A stretch of DNA of 64,000 nucleotides. Origin: Thermoproteota archaeon (GTDB lineage Archaea; Korarchaeota; Korarchaeia; Korarchaeales; Korarchaeaceae). The translations under genes were made by a program, and so were the position numbers. The notes under the pieces are model-generated. The model worked only from the letters and a program-made list of their open reading frames with translations. It searched no databases and was not told the origin of the DNA. Of this stretch, positions 1 to 9,904 are shown piece after piece. The DNA is taken from contig JAOZGC010000002.1 of assembly GCA_027491915.1 (NCBI GenBank), positions 480,001 to 544,000 of the forward strand. Reading direction: 5' to 3'. Position 1 is the stretch's first letter, and each line of letters begins with the position of its first letter.

Positions 1-636
1 ATCGGGGACCTGCTGGCCGAGGGGGCCGCCAGGGCCGCGGCGAGGCTGGGGGTCCCGGAGCTCGCGGTCCACGTTAAGGGGCTGGACGTCCCGGCCTGGG
101 ACCCAAGGGGGCGGCTCGGCCTGGGGCTGAGCTACGCCACCGCCGACGTGGGCGCCTCCCACCTCAGGGGGTGGCCCTCGTCCCCCGAGAAGCCGGACCG
201 CAGCGCCCTGGACGTGGTGGAGTCCATGGTCAGGAGCAGGGACCAGAAGGCCGTCGCCGACAGCCTGGTGATATGCTCCTTCCTGGACGTGGGGCTGGGC
301 GAGTACGCGGAGGCCCTGGAGGCCGCCGCCGGGGAGAGGTACTCGGAGGAGGACCTCCTCCGGGTCGGGTGGAGGGTGGAGACCCTGACCAGGCTGTTCA
401 ACCTCAGGGAGGGGTTGGACCCGGGATCCGAGGACGTCCTCCCTCCCAAGCTCTGGAAGCCCGTGCCGGACGGGCCCTCCAAGGGGAGAAGGGCGTTCGT
501 CAGCGAGGAGGACTTCAGGGCCTGCCTGAGGAAATTCTACCTCATCAGGGGGTGGGACGAGCGTGGGAGGCCCACGGGGGAGACGGTCAGGTCCCTGGGA
601 ATAGACCGGCTGCTCCGGGACCAGATCCGGCGGTAG
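1..636 (+). CDS. Tungsten aldehyde:ferredoxin oxidoreductase family protein, C-terminal part (5'-truncated by the window)
   Basis: The frame is open from base 1: IGDLLAEGAARAA..HVKGLDVPAWDPRG..SYATADVGASHLR..FNLREG..D.LP..YLIRGWDERGRPT, typical AOR C-terminal motifs. Confidence 0.9.
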   Translation: MGDLLAEGAARAAARLGVPELAVHVKGLDVPAWDPRGRLGLGLSYATADVGASHLRGWPSSPEKPDRSALDVVESMVRSRDQKAVADSLVICSFLDVGLGEYAEALEAAAGERYSEEDLLRVGWRVETLTRLFNLREGLDPGSEDVLPPKLWKPVPDGPSKGRRAFVSEEDFRACLRKFYLIRGWDERGRPTGETVRSLGIDRLLRDQIRR

Positions 637-691
637 GCCCCCGCCGCCCGTCGGCCGAAGGTTTATCTCTAATTGGATGGTACATCGGTCT

Positions 692-1474
692 ATGTGCGAA
701 CTATTTGGATTGTCAGCCAATAAAGTCGTCAAGATAAGTTTCACCTGGAGGGGATTCAGAAGGAGGGGCCGCATCCACCGCGACGGCTGGGGCGTGGCCT
801 GGTACCTCGACGGCGGGCTGGTCGGCCTCGTCAAGGAGCCCCGACCCGCCCCGAGCAGCCCCATAGCCGGGCTGCTGCTGGGTGGTGTCAGGAGCAGGGT
901 GGTGGTGAGTCACGTCAGGCTGGCCTCCAGGGGCGGCGTCAGCTACGTCAACACGCACCCCTTCGTCAGGAGGTTCCTCGGCAGGGACTGGGTCTTCGCG
1001 CACAACGGGGACGTCTCGGGCATTGTGGGGAGGCCGGGATACGGACTGAGGTGGTGCTCGCCCGCCGGAGACACAGACTCGGAGTACGCATTCTGCTACC
1101 TGCTCGAGAGGCTCAGGGATTCGGGCGCCGTCCGGAGAGGAGTTGAGAGGCTCTCGCGGGAGCTGTGGGAGACAGCGGAGGACGTCGGGACCAGCGGCAA
1201 GTTCAACTTCCTCCTGAGCGATGGGACGCACCTGTTCGCCTACTCAAACAGGGAGGGGACCCTCTACTATCTCAAGAGGCACCCGCCCCACCTCGGATCG
1301 GTAGGGCTTGCGGACGAGGACTACGAGGCCAGGCTCGAGGAGCTCAAGGCTCCGGACGAGCGCGCGGTCATAGTGGCCACCAAGCCCCTCACCGACGAGG
1401 ATTGGTCGCCCGTGAGGCCGCACACCCTCCACGCGTTCCGCGACGGAGATCCGGTCCTTTCGGTTGGGGGGTGA
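692..1474 (+). CDS. Class II glutamine amidotransferase (YafJ/EgtC-like Ntn hydrolase)
   Basis: MCELFG start with catalytic Cys2; DGWGVAWY, HVRLAS, NTHPF, FAHNG and GDTDSE motifs. TATA-like TTTAT about 28 nt upstream of ATG 692. Confidence 0.9.
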   Translation: MCELFGLSANKVVKISFTWRGFRRRGRIHRDGWGVAWYLDGGLVGLVKEPRPAPSSPIAGLLLGGVRSRVVVSHVRLASRGGVSYVNTHPFVRRFLGRDWVFAHNGDVSGIVGRPGYGLRWCSPAGDTDSEYAFCYLLERLRDSGAVRRGVERLSRELWETAEDVGTSGKFNFLLSDGTHLFAYSNREGTLYYLKRHPPHLGSVGLADEDYEARLEELKAPDERAVIVATKPLTDEDWSPVRPHTLHAFRDGDPVLSVGG

Positions 1475-1548
1475 CCCCCCGAGACCTCGGCGAGATCGGC
1501 CTCCCGGGGGGCGGTCGAATTTTTGACCTCCCGGCCTCCCGTCCGCCC

Positions 1549-2601
1549 GTGGAGCTCCGGATAGCCCTCATAGGGTTCGGAAACGTGGGTCAAGGATTTG
1601 TCAAGATTTTGGCCAGAAAGTCCCCCCTTCTGGCGGAGAGATACGGCGTGGACCTCAGGGTGGTGGCGGTCTCGGACCGCTCAAAGGGATCGGTCTACGA
1701 CCCCGGGGGTCTCGACCCATCCGCCCTCCTCTCCCTGATCGAGGAGGAGGGGTCCGTCTCCGGCTACCCCGGCGGCGTCAAGGGGATGGGCAGCCTGGCC
1801 ACCATAAGGGAGACGGACTCCGACGTGGTGGTCGAGGTCACCCCCACCGATCTCGAGACCGGGGAGCCGGGCCTCTCCCACATCAGGGCGGCCCTCGAGG
1901 CGGGAAAGCACGTGATCACCTCCAACAAGGGCCCAATAGCCCTCGCCTACGGGGAGCTCTCTTCCCTCGCCCGGGAGTCCGGCGTGGAGCTGAGGTTCGA
2001 GGGGACCGTGCTGAGCGGGACGCCGGCCATAAGCCTGGCCACGGAGGCCCTGGCCGGGGCCGAGGTGCTGGGGGTGGAGGGAGTGCTGAACGGGACGACG
2101 AACTTCATCCTCACCAGGATGGAGGAGGGGGTCGACTACGAAGACGCCCTGCGGGAGGCCCAGAGGCTGGGATACGCCGAGGCCGACCCGACCGCCGACG
2201 TTGACGGGTGGGACGCGGCCGCCAAGCTCGTCATACTCGCGAACGTTGTGATGGGGGCCGACCTGTCCCTAGGAGACGTGGAGAGGGAGGGGATAGGCGG
2301 GGTGACTCGAGAGGCGGTGGCGCGGGCGTCCGCCTACGGCAGGAGGGTCAGGCTCCTGGCCTCCGCCTGGCGGTCGGGCGGCGCCGTAGCGGCCAGGGTG
2401 GCGCCGGCCGAGATCCCGCTGAGCCACCCGCTGGCCTCGGTCTCCGGGGTCACGAACGCCCTGACACTCAGGACGGACCACCTGGGGGACGTCACCATAG
2501 TGGGCCCCGGGGCCGGGGGTGTGGAGACGGGGCAGGCCCTGCTCTCCGACCTGCTCGCGGTGGCCAGGTCCCTCCGGGCGCGCTCCGGCCCGCCGCTGTG
2601 A
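1549..2601 (+). CDS. hom: Homoserine dehydrogenase
   Basis: IALIGFGNVG, GKHVITSNKGP, FEGTV, GVLNGTTNFIL, AQRLGYAEADPTADVDGWDAAAK and GPGAG motifs. Start assigned to GTG 1549 within the longer ORF. Confidence 0.93.
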   Translation: MELRIALIGFGNVGQGFVKILARKSPLLAERYGVDLRVVAVSDRSKGSVYDPGGLDPSALLSLIEEEGSVSGYPGGVKGMGSLATIRETDSDVVVEVTPTDLETGEPGLSHIRAALEAGKHVITSNKGPIALAYGELSSLARESGVELRFEGTVLSGTPAISLATEALAGAEVLGVEGVLNGTTNFILTRMEEGVDYEDALREAQRLGYAEADPTADVDGWDAAAKLVILANVVMGADLSLGDVEREGIGGVTREAVARASAYGRRVRLLASAWRSGGAVAARVAPAEIPLSHPLASVSGVTNALTLRTDHLGDVTIVGPGAGGVETGQALLSDLLAVARSLRARSGPPL

Positions 2602-2652
2602 TGGGTCGCCCGGCTGGGTCTGCGGCCCCGGCGGTTCCCGGCCCGGCCGGGA

Positions 2653-3900
2653 TCAGGACCTATCAGACGGGACCAGACCCAGGACCTCCAGATCCCCCAG
2701 GGATCGACCCTCGCCGATCATGGGGATCGCCGCCGCGACCGGGCGCCTGGAGCCGGCCCAGCCCACGGCTTCCAGGCCCAGGACCCTGTCGCTCCCCCTC
2801 TCCACCACCGCCAGGTAGTCGGCCCCGTCGCCGTACCACCAGCCGACCCCCCCGGGCCTCCTCTCAGACCTCAGGGTGACCACCTCGTGGGGCACCCCGA
2901 GGGCCCTGGCCTCGGCCCCGCTCAGGCCGACGCTCGTCACCTCGATGCCGAGCACGACCTCCGCCTGCCTCCTCACGAACCCCCGGTACGAGGCCCCGGC
3001 CCCGGCCGCGTTCAGCCCGGCGATCGTCCCGGACAGGTAGGCCACGCTCCCCACCGGCCTGTAAGTCCTCTCCCCGGACGGGAGGTCGAAGCTCTCGGCG
3101 CAGTCCCCGGCGGCGTAGATCCCCTCCCCGGCCCTCGCCCGCCTGTCCACCCTGACGGCCCCCCTGATCCCCCTCGCGAGTTCCGGGACGTCCCCCGGGA
3201 CGGTCGGCCTGACCCCGGTGGCGACGACCACCAGGTCCGCCGGGATCGCCGTCCCGCCGGCCACCACCTCCCGGACCCTCCCGTCCCCCCGGACCGACTC
3301 CAGCGCCGCGCCCTCCATCACCCGAACCCCGTCGGCCTCGAGCGCCGCCCTTATCCTATCGGAGAGCGGCGGGTCCAGGACCGTCCACATGACGCTCAGC
3401 ATCTCTATCAGAGTCACCTTCAGCCCGGCCCTCGCCAGGTGGGCGGCCATCTTGACCCCTATGAGCCCCGCCCCGACCACCGCGGCCCGGACTCCGGGCT
3501 CGATCCCCCCCCTGAGGGAGAACGCGTCCCCGATTCCCCTGAAGGTGTGGACCCCGGCCAGATCGATCCCCCCGACGGGGGGGACCCAGGCCGAGGCGCC
3601 GGTCGCCAGGACTAGTGCGCCGTACTCTACCTCCTCCCCGCCCACGGCGATAGCGCCCCCCTCCTCGAACCCGGCCCTCCTCCCGACCCTGACGTCGACG
3701 CCGGCCCTCCTCAGCTCGGCTCCCAGCGTGTCTATCTCGGAGGGGGGGAGCCCCTCCATCACGGAGAATATGTCGGGCCTCCTGTAGGGGGGCTCGTCCC
3801 CGACCAGCACGACCCTCAGCCCTGGCTCCCTCCTCTTGGCCGCCAGGGCCGCGGCGGCGCCGGCGACCCCGGCCCCCACCACCAGGACGTCCGCCCTCAA
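2653..3900 (-). CDS. FAD/NAD(P)-dependent pyridine nucleotide-disulfide oxidoreductase (NADH oxidase/ferredoxin-reductase-like)
   Basis: VVGAGVAG, LVLATG, second Rossmann VVGAGLIG and IYAAGDCAE motifs. PYRRP occupies the position of the redox Cys motif of Nox/CoADR. Confidence 0.85.
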   Translation of the reverse strand: MRADVLVVGAGVAGAAAALAAKRREPGLRVVLVGDEPPYRRPDIFSVMEGLPPSEIDTLGAELRRAGVDVRVGRRAGFEEGGAIAVGGEEVEYGALVLATGASAWVPPVGGIDLAGVHTFRGIGDAFSLRGGIEPGVRAAVVGAGLIGVKMAAHLARAGLKVTLIEMLSVMWTVLDPPLSDRIRAALEADGVRVMEGAALESVRGDGRVREVVAGGTAIPADLVVVATGVRPTVPGDVPELARGIRGAVRVDRRARAGEGIYAAGDCAESFDLPSGERTYRPVGSVAYLSGTIAGLNAAGAGASYRGFVRRQAEVVLGIEVTSVGLSGAEARALGVPHEVVTLRSERRPGGVGWWYGDGADYLAVVERGSDRVLGLEAVGWAGSRRPVAAAIPMIGEGRSLGDLEVLGLVPSDRS

Positions 3901-3904
3901 GGGC

Positions 3905-4189
3905 TCACCCGCCGCCCACCGGCGGGAGGACGTCTATCACTGACCCCTCCGGCAGCTCCTCGTCCAGGGACTGCGGCAGCCTGAGCACCCTCCCGTCCAT
4001 CACAAGGGTGAGGTGCTCCCTGACCTTCCCGCCGTCGTCGAACACCGCGCCGGCCTTGGGGCCGAGCCTGGACCTGAGGGCCTCCAGCGCGGCCCCCAGC
4101 CTCGGGGGGGAACCCCCGTCCACCTCAACCTCCCTGGACCCTATTATCTCCCTGGCGGTCAGGTAGAACCTGAACCTGACCCTGCCCAT
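3905..4189 (-). CDS. MoaD/ThiS-family ubiquitin-like sulfur carrier (SAMP-like)
   Basis: About 94 aa beta-grasp pattern ending LPPVGGG; adjacent to the AOR genes. Confidence 0.9.
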   Translation of the reverse strand: MGRVRFRFYLTAREIIGSREVEVDGGSPPRLGAALEALRSRLGPKAGAVFDDGGKVREHLTLVMDGRVLRLPQSLDEELPEGSVIDVLPPVGGG

Positions 4190-4378
4190 GCTCTCCCCGA
4201 CCCAGACTTCCCCGGGCGATAGAAAAACCCCGCGCATCCGGTCCCGGTCGTCCGACTCCACCCCCGGGTCCGGCCCCACGTGGGGTGACCGGGCGGGTCT
4301 GGCGGGTGCCCCGGAGCCGGACCGGCCTGACCTGCTAAGGGGTTAAATCCAACCCGGGGAGCCCGATCCGGTGATCCC

Positions 4379-4885
4379 ATGGCCAAGCTGATGACGCTCA
4401 TGGTCCTGCCGGAGAGGTGCACCGGCTGCAGGACCTGCGAGAACGTCTGCTCCTACTACCACGAGGGGTCCTTCAACCCGGCCAGGTCCAGGATCCAGGT
4501 GGTCAGGGACGTGATCCGCGGAGTCAACGTCCCCCTCGTCTGCCAGCAGTGCGAAGACGCCCCCTGCGTGGCGGCCTGCCCGACCGGGGCCCTGAGCAGG
4601 GACGCCGAGAGGGGGCTGGTGGAGATAGACTACTCCAGGTGCATAGGGTGCAAGACCTGCGTCTCCGTGTGCCCGTTCGGCGGCATGTCCACGGATCCGG
4701 TGACCAACAGGCCGATAAAGTGCGACTTCTGCGGCGGGGATCCCCAGTGCGTGAAGCACTGCGTTCCGGGCGCCCTGCTGTACGTCCCCGTCACGGCCGC
4801 CAACGTGCTGCAGAAGAGGAGGGTGCTGGAGAGGATACCCCAGTTCGTGGAGGTGGCCCTCCCGAAGCTGCCGGAGGTGGGCTGA
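4379..4885 (+). CDS. 4x[4Fe-4S] electron-transfer subunit (DmsB-like) of the AOR
   Basis: CTGCRTCENVC, CQQCEDAPCVAACP, CIGCKTCVSVCP and KCDFC..PQCVKHC motifs. Confidence 0.92.
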   Translation: MAKLMTLMVLPERCTGCRTCENVCSYYHEGSFNPARSRIQVVRDVIRGVNVPLVCQQCEDAPCVAACPTGALSRDAERGLVEIDYSRCIGCKTCVSVCPFGGMSTDPVTNRPIKCDFCGGDPQCVKHCVPGALLYVPVTAANVLQKRRVLERIPQFVEVALPKLPEVG

Positions 4886-4886
4886 G

Positions 4887-6818
4887 TTGGCGCTGGGCGG
4901 GTACGCCGGCCGCTACCTGGAGGTGGACCTCACCTCCGGTAGGTGGGTCGTCAGGGAGCTCCCCGGGAGGTGGGCCGTCGAGTACATAGGGGGGACGGGG
5001 TTCGCCGCCAGGTACCTCTGGGACCACGTCGGTCCGGGTGTGGACCCCCTCTCCCCCGAGAACGTCCTGGTGGTGGCCACCGGCCCGGCTACGGGCTCGG
5101 CCGCGCCCATGAGCGGGAGGTTCGTCATTGCGTCCAAGGCCCCGCTCACCGGGATATGGGGGGAGTCCCACGCCGGGGGTCACTTCGGGCCGGCCCTGAA
5201 GTTCGCCGGCTACGACCTCGTCGCCGTCACCGGCAGGAGCGAGTCCCCGGTCTATCTCTGGATAGACGACGACAGCGTGGAGATAAGGGACGCCTCGGAC
5301 CTCTGGGGGAAGACCACGACGGAGACCTTCTCGGCCATAAGGGAGGAGCTGGGCGATCCGGAGGTCCAGGCCGCCGTCATAGGCCCGGCCGGGGAGAGGC
5401 TGGTCAGGTTCGCCAACGTGATGGCCGACACGTGCGACGCCGCCGGCAGGACCGGCATGGGGGCCGTGATGGGGTCCAAGAACCTGAAGGCCGTGGCGGT
5501 CAGGGGGAGCCGCGGGGTGGAGCCGGCCTCGGACGAGTTCTACGACGTGGTGAACGGGCTCTACGAGAAGGCCACCCGGGGGGAGTGGAGCAGGATAGCC
5601 GACGAGACCATCAGGGGGTACGGCACCCCCTACCTGATAGACGTCATGACCCAGATAGGGAGGCTCCCGACCAAGAACCACTACACGGGCCTGTTCGACC
5701 GGGCCGAGGACATAAACGCCACCGCCCTTGAGAGGTACAGGATCAGCAAGAAGTCCTGCTTCAACTGCTTCCTCCAGTGCAAGTACGTCCACTACGTCCC
5801 GTCGGGGAGGTACGCCGGGACCCTGACCTGCGGCCCCGAGTACGAGGCCCTGGTGGCCCTGGGATCCAACGTCATGGTGGGCAACCTGGAGGCCATACTC
5901 CACTACAACAGGCTGTGCAACGACTACGGCATGGACGTCATAACGGCGGGGAAGATAGTCTCCTGGCTGATGGAGATCTACGAGAGGGGGCTCGTCTCGG
6001 AGGACGACCTCGGGGGGATCAGGCCCGTCTGGGGAGACGAGGAGGTGGTCGAGACCCTGATACACGCCATGGCCAGGAGGGAGGGGATCGGGGACCTGCT
6101 GGCCGAGGGCGGCCTGAGGGCGGCCAAGAAGATCGGGAGGGGAACCGAGAGGTACCTGATCCACGTCAAGGGGCTGGAGGCCTCCGCCCAGGACGGCAGG
6201 AGCCACAAGTCCATAGGGCTGGCCCACGCCGTCAACGTCAGGGGCGCCGATCACCTGAGGGGTCTCTGCACCTACGACGAGCTCCCCTGGGCCGTGAAGT
6301 ACGCGTACGAGAGGTTCGGCGAGGAGGAGGCCAGGAAGATGGTGGTGGACGACAGGCTGGATCCCCGGGGGAAGGGCTATCTAACCTGGCTCACCGAGAA
6401 CTTCTACTCCGTCGTGGACTCCATAATCACCTGCAAGTACGGCACCATGTGGCCCATGATCTACTACTACGACGACTTCGCCCCCATGCTGAGGACCCTC
6501 ACCGGGCTGGAAGAGCTGGGAGACGAGAGGCGCCTGAGGATCGCGGGGGAGAGGATATACATGCTCAGGAGGGCCTTCAACGCCAGGGAGGGGGTTGGCA
6601 GGTCTCAGGACACCCTGAACCCCAGGTTCACCGAGGAGCCGATGCCGGAGGGGCCGGGCAGGGGTCAGGTGGTGGAGCTGGACGTTATGCTCCCCGAGTA
6701 CTACGAGTACAGGGGGCTGGACCTGGAGACCGGGTGGCCCAAGAGGGAGAAGCTGATCCAGCTCGGCCTGGGGGACGTGGCCGAGGAGCTGGCCGGGATG
6801 GGGAGGCTGGCCGAGTGA
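4887..6818 (+). CDS. aor: Tungsten aldehyde:ferredoxin oxidoreductase family catalytic subunit
   Basis: SKAPLTG..ESHAGG, IGPAGE, AGRTGMGAVMGSKNLKA, CFNCFLQC, GPEYE, GMD and HVKGLE motifs. Confidence 0.95.
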   Translation: MALGGYAGRYLEVDLTSGRWVVRELPGRWAVEYIGGTGFAARYLWDHVGPGVDPLSPENVLVVATGPATGSAAPMSGRFVIASKAPLTGIWGESHAGGHFGPALKFAGYDLVAVTGRSESPVYLWIDDDSVEIRDASDLWGKTTTETFSAIREELGDPEVQAAVIGPAGERLVRFANVMADTCDAAGRTGMGAVMGSKNLKAVAVRGSRGVEPASDEFYDVVNGLYEKATRGEWSRIADETIRGYGTPYLIDVMTQIGRLPTKNHYTGLFDRAEDINATALERYRISKKSCFNCFLQCKYVHYVPSGRYAGTLTCGPEYEALVALGSNVMVGNLEAILHYNRLCNDYGMDVITAGKIVSWLMEIYERGLVSEDDLGGIRPVWGDEEVVETLIHAMARREGIGDLLAEGGLRAAKKIGRGTERYLIHVKGLEASAQDGRSHKSIGLAHAVNVRGADHLRGLCTYDELPWAVKYAYERFGEEEARKMVVDDRLDPRGKGYLTWLTENFYSVVDSIITCKYGTMWPMIYYYDDFAPMLRTLTGLEELGDERRLRIAGERIYMLRRAFNAREGVGRSQDTLNPRFTEEPMPEGPGRGQVVELDVMLPEYYEYRGLDLETGWPKREKLIQLGLGDVAEELAGMGRLAE

Positions 6819-6891
6819 GACCGCCTCGTCCCCCGGCCCGGCCGGACCCGATCTCATCCGACCAGCGTCAGCCTACGGTGGGGGATCCGGG

Positions 6892-7731
6892 TTGACGCCG
6901 CCCGGCCGTCCCGGGGACTCCTTCGAGAGGTTGAGGGGTGATCAGACCTCTGGGGCGGAGGAGCTTGCGGCCGCGGCCGCCGAGGCCGCGTCGGCCGCCC
7001 TGAGATTCGGGTGGAGTCGGGAGCGGGTCCTGGCCGAGCTCGAACTCGTCCGCGACGCGCACCCAGAGATGATCCCCCTGGCCAACCTGCTGGCGGCGGC
7101 CCCCGGGATGGACCCCGGCGACTTCAGGGATGCGGCGGCCGCCATGAGGGAGGCCGGGGCCGCGGCGGCCGCCGCGGCGGCCGACCTGCTGTCGGGGGCC
7201 GAGGTCGTCGCGACGCTCAGCAGGAGCTCCACGGTCCTGAGGGCGGTGGAGATGGCCCGCCCCGAGAGGCTGATCGTGCTGATCTCCGAGCCCGGGGGGG
7301 AGGGGAGGGCCGCGGCCTCCGCCGCGGCGGATATGGGGATCAGCGTGGACCTGATCCCCGACTCCTGCGCGGGGCACTTCGCCTCCGAGGTGGACGTCGG
7401 TCTGGTCGGGGCGGACGCGGTCCTCCGGGACGGGTCGCTGGTCAACAAGGCCGGGACCTCCGTCCTGGCGGCCGCCCTCCGGCGTCTGGGGAGGCCCCTC
7501 TACTCGGCCACCTCCCTGTGGAAGGTCGACGTCCTCGGCCTGTGGCCCGGGGTCAGGGAGGTGGGCTGGGATCCCGGCGGCGTCCCCCCCGGCGTCGGGA
7601 CCAGGGCCGTCCTGTTCGACGTGACCCCGTCCCAGCACGTTGGGGCCTACGCGACGGAGAGGGGGGTGCTCGACCCCGGGGACGTCCTCGGGGAGGCCAG
7701 GTCCTCACTCCCCCTCCCCGTCCGGGGGTGA
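6892..7731 (+). CDS. eIF-2B alpha/beta/delta-like protein (IF-2B family)
   Basis: TLSRSSTV, SEPGGEG, VGADAV..DGSLVNKAGT and FDVTP..TERG motifs. Confidence 0.8.
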   Translation: MTPPGRPGDSFERLRGDQTSGAEELAAAAAEAASAALRFGWSRERVLAELELVRDAHPEMIPLANLLAAAPGMDPGDFRDAAAAMREAGAAAAAAAADLLSGAEVVATLSRSSTVLRAVEMARPERLIVLISEPGGEGRAAASAAADMGISVDLIPDSCAGHFASEVDVGLVGADAVLRDGSLVNKAGTSVLAAALRRLGRPLYSATSLWKVDVLGLWPGVREVGWDPGGVPPGVGTRAVLFDVTPSQHVGAYATERGVLDPGDVLGEARSSLPLPVRG

Positions 7732-8181
7732 TCCGCCGCCCCCGCCGGTCCTCCCCCGCGGCGGGCCCCCGTACTCCCACAGCCAGATCACTGGGGTCAC
7801 CGATCTCGCCGCCTCCCCCTGCCTCCCGTCGGCCGTCACCAGGGGGGCGCCCATCAGCTCGGACAGCGCGATGTAGGAGGAGTCGTAGAACGTGACGCCG
7901 AGCGTCCTGGCGAGCCTGGCCGCCTCGGCGGCCGCCTCACGGGACGGCGGCCTGAGGTCCACCCCCAGGTTCAGGAGGGCCTCCAGGGCGAGGGCGCAGT
8001 CGTCGGCCGACAGCTGAGGGTTCCTCCACAGGGCGTTCCCCACCTCGTAAAGCAGGTGGTCCGGCGCCGAGAGCTCGATCGAGCCGCCGACCAGGTCGTC
8101 CCTCAGGGCCAGGGCCCGATCCGTCCACTCCTCCGCGTTGAACCACTTGACCGCCACGCTGGCGTCCACCACGAGCCTCAA
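7705..8181 (-). CDS. vapC: VapC PIN-domain toxin
   Basis: VVDASVAVKW, YEVGNAL, TFYDSSYIAL and LVTAD motifs. Confidence 0.92.
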   Translation of the reverse strand: MRLVVDASVAVKWFNAEEWTDRALALRDDLVGGSIELSAPDHLLYEVGNALWRNPQLSADDCALALEALLNLGVDLRPPSREAAAEAARLARTLGVTFYDSSYIALSELMGAPLVTADGRQGEAARSVTPVIWLWEYGGPPRGRTGGGGGSPPDGEGE

Positions 8182-8393
8182 GAATCCCTATCCTCCCTCA
8201 CCGAGCGGGCGGCCTCGAAGGCGCCGGGGCGCGTCTTCGACCTGATCGCGTCGACCAACTCGGCCGCCCTACTCCTCCGCTCGAGCTCGATCCTCTCCTC
8301 TATCTTCCTCCTGAGGTACTCGCTCCAGTTTATCCTCACCAGCCTCATCTCCTCCTTGAGCCTCTCGGGCACGCGCACGGACACGACCGGCAT
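8178..8393 (-). CDS. vapB: VapB-type ribbon-helix-helix antitoxin
   Basis: MPVVSVRVPERLKEEM..INWSEYLRRKIE..VREDRDS; 4-nt overlap with vapC; own AT-rich promoter at about 8418-8430. Confidence 0.85.
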   Translation of the reverse strand: MPVVSVRVPERLKEEMRLVRINWSEYLRRKIEERIELERRSRAAELVDAIRSKTRPGAFEAARSVREDRDS

Positions 8394-8482
8394 GCTGCCC
8401 TCGGTCAAACGCCACTGTCTATACTTATATGTCGTGCGCCGACGTACTGAGGCTGAGGGCGCGGCCCGGCCGCCGGCCCCGC

Positions 8483-9901
8483 TCACGGGTTGAGGAGCCC
8501 GGCCAGCAGCTGGGCCGGTCCCAGACCCAGCAGCACGGTCAGGGCGGCCGCGGCCGCGGCGACCAGCACCGCCGGATCGCCGACCCTCTCCCGGGGCATG
8601 CCCTCCCTGGGGCCGCCGGCGAAGTACATGTACCTTATGACCTGGGCGTAGTAGCCCACCGACACCCCGCTGTTCAGGACCCCCGCCAGGGCCAGCCACG
8701 GGGCGGCGTCTGCCACGGAGAGGAAGAGGTAGGTGAACTTGCTCCAGAACCCTATGAGGGGCGGCATGCCCATGAGGCTGAGCATCAGCACCGTGACGGC
8801 CGCGCCCAGCGTCGGCATCCTCCTCCCCAGCCCCCTGATGTCCTCCAACCCGACGCCCACCCCCTCCCTCACCAGGTAGGCCAGGGCGACGAATATCCCG
8901 ACCTTGGCCAGCACGTAAGTGGTCATGTGGAGGGCCACCCCCTGAAGCCCCAGGGCCCGGGCGGCTGGGTCGGACGCGGCGGCGAGCCCCACCAGCAGGT
9001 AGCCGGCGTGGGCTATGCTGCTGTAGGCCATCATCCTCTGGACGTTCCCCTGGACCAGCGCGGCCACGTTCCCGAACGTCATGGTGGCCACGGCGAACAG
9101 CGCCAGCGAGGGGAGCCATGAGGCGAGCCCTGGCGCCATGGGGACGACGACCCTCAGGAGTCCGGCGACGGCGGCCATCTTGACCACCCCCGCTATGTAG
9201 GCCACCAGTATCGGGTGGACGCCGCCGTAGACGTCCGGGAGCCAGCCGTGGAACGGGAAGACCCCCAGCTTGAAGCCGAAGGCGGCCACCAGCAGCAGGA
9301 TCCCCAGGGCCGCCATCGTCGGGTCGACCCCCGCCGGCAGCCCGGCCAGCCGGGCGGTCCCGGTCAGCCCCACGGCCACCCCCAGCCCGTATATCAGCAG
9401 CGAGGAGGAGACGGCGCCCATGATCCCGTACTTCATGGCCCCCTGCAGGGAGGCCCCGTCCTTCCTGATCCCGGCCAGAACGTAGGAAGCCACCGCCACC
9501 AGGGCCCACGCGGCCACCAGGGTCACCGCGTCGGCCACGTGGACCATGACGTGGACCCCGGCCAGGGCCAGGAGCATCAGGGCGTAGGCGCTGTAGGAGG
9601 TCGGCCAGGACCCCACCTCCGGCGCGGAGGCCCCGGCGACCAGCAGGGCCCCGAGGGTCGCCAGGAGCCCCAGGTAGGAGGAGTAGGGGTCGAGCCTGAT
9701 CGCCCCGGAGAATATCTCGACGGGTCCCGCGGCGGTCAGCTCAGCCGCCAGCGCGCAGGAGAGGGCCAGGGCGGCGGCCAGCGTCGCCAGCGCGACGGCC
9801 GCCGGGGTCCTCCTCCCCCTCCCCTCCAGGAGGGGCAGGATCAGTCCCGGCGCCGTCAGCACGACCATCAGCACCTCGAATGTGGTCGCCGGATCCGCCA
9901 T
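8483..9901 (-). CDS. nuoN: Complex I-like antiporter subunit N
   Basis: AMKY, FKLGVFPFHGWLPDVY, RMMAYSSIAHAGY and SLMGMPPLIGFWSKF motifs. Confidence 0.92.
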   Translation of the reverse strand: MADPATTFEVLMVVLTAPGLILPLLEGRGRRTPAAVALATLAAALALSCALAAELTAAGPVEIFSGAIRLDPYSSYLGLLATLGALLVAGASAPEVGSWPTSYSAYALMLLALAGVHVMVHVADAVTLVAAWALVAVASYVLAGIRKDGASLQGAMKYGIMGAVSSSLLIYGLGVAVGLTGTARLAGLPAGVDPTMAALGILLLVAAFGFKLGVFPFHGWLPDVYGGVHPILVAYIAGVVKMAAVAGLLRVVVPMAPGLASWLPSLALFAVATMTFGNVAALVQGNVQRMMAYSSIAHAGYLLVGLAAASDPAARALGLQGVALHMTTYVLAKVGIFVALAYLVREGVGVGLEDIRGLGRRMPTLGAAVTVLMLSLMGMPPLIGFWSKFTYLFLSVADAAPWLALAGVLNSGVSVGYYAQVIRYMYFAGGPREGMPRERVGDPAVLVAAAAAALTVLLGLGPAQLLAGLLNP

Positions 9902-9904
9902 GCC

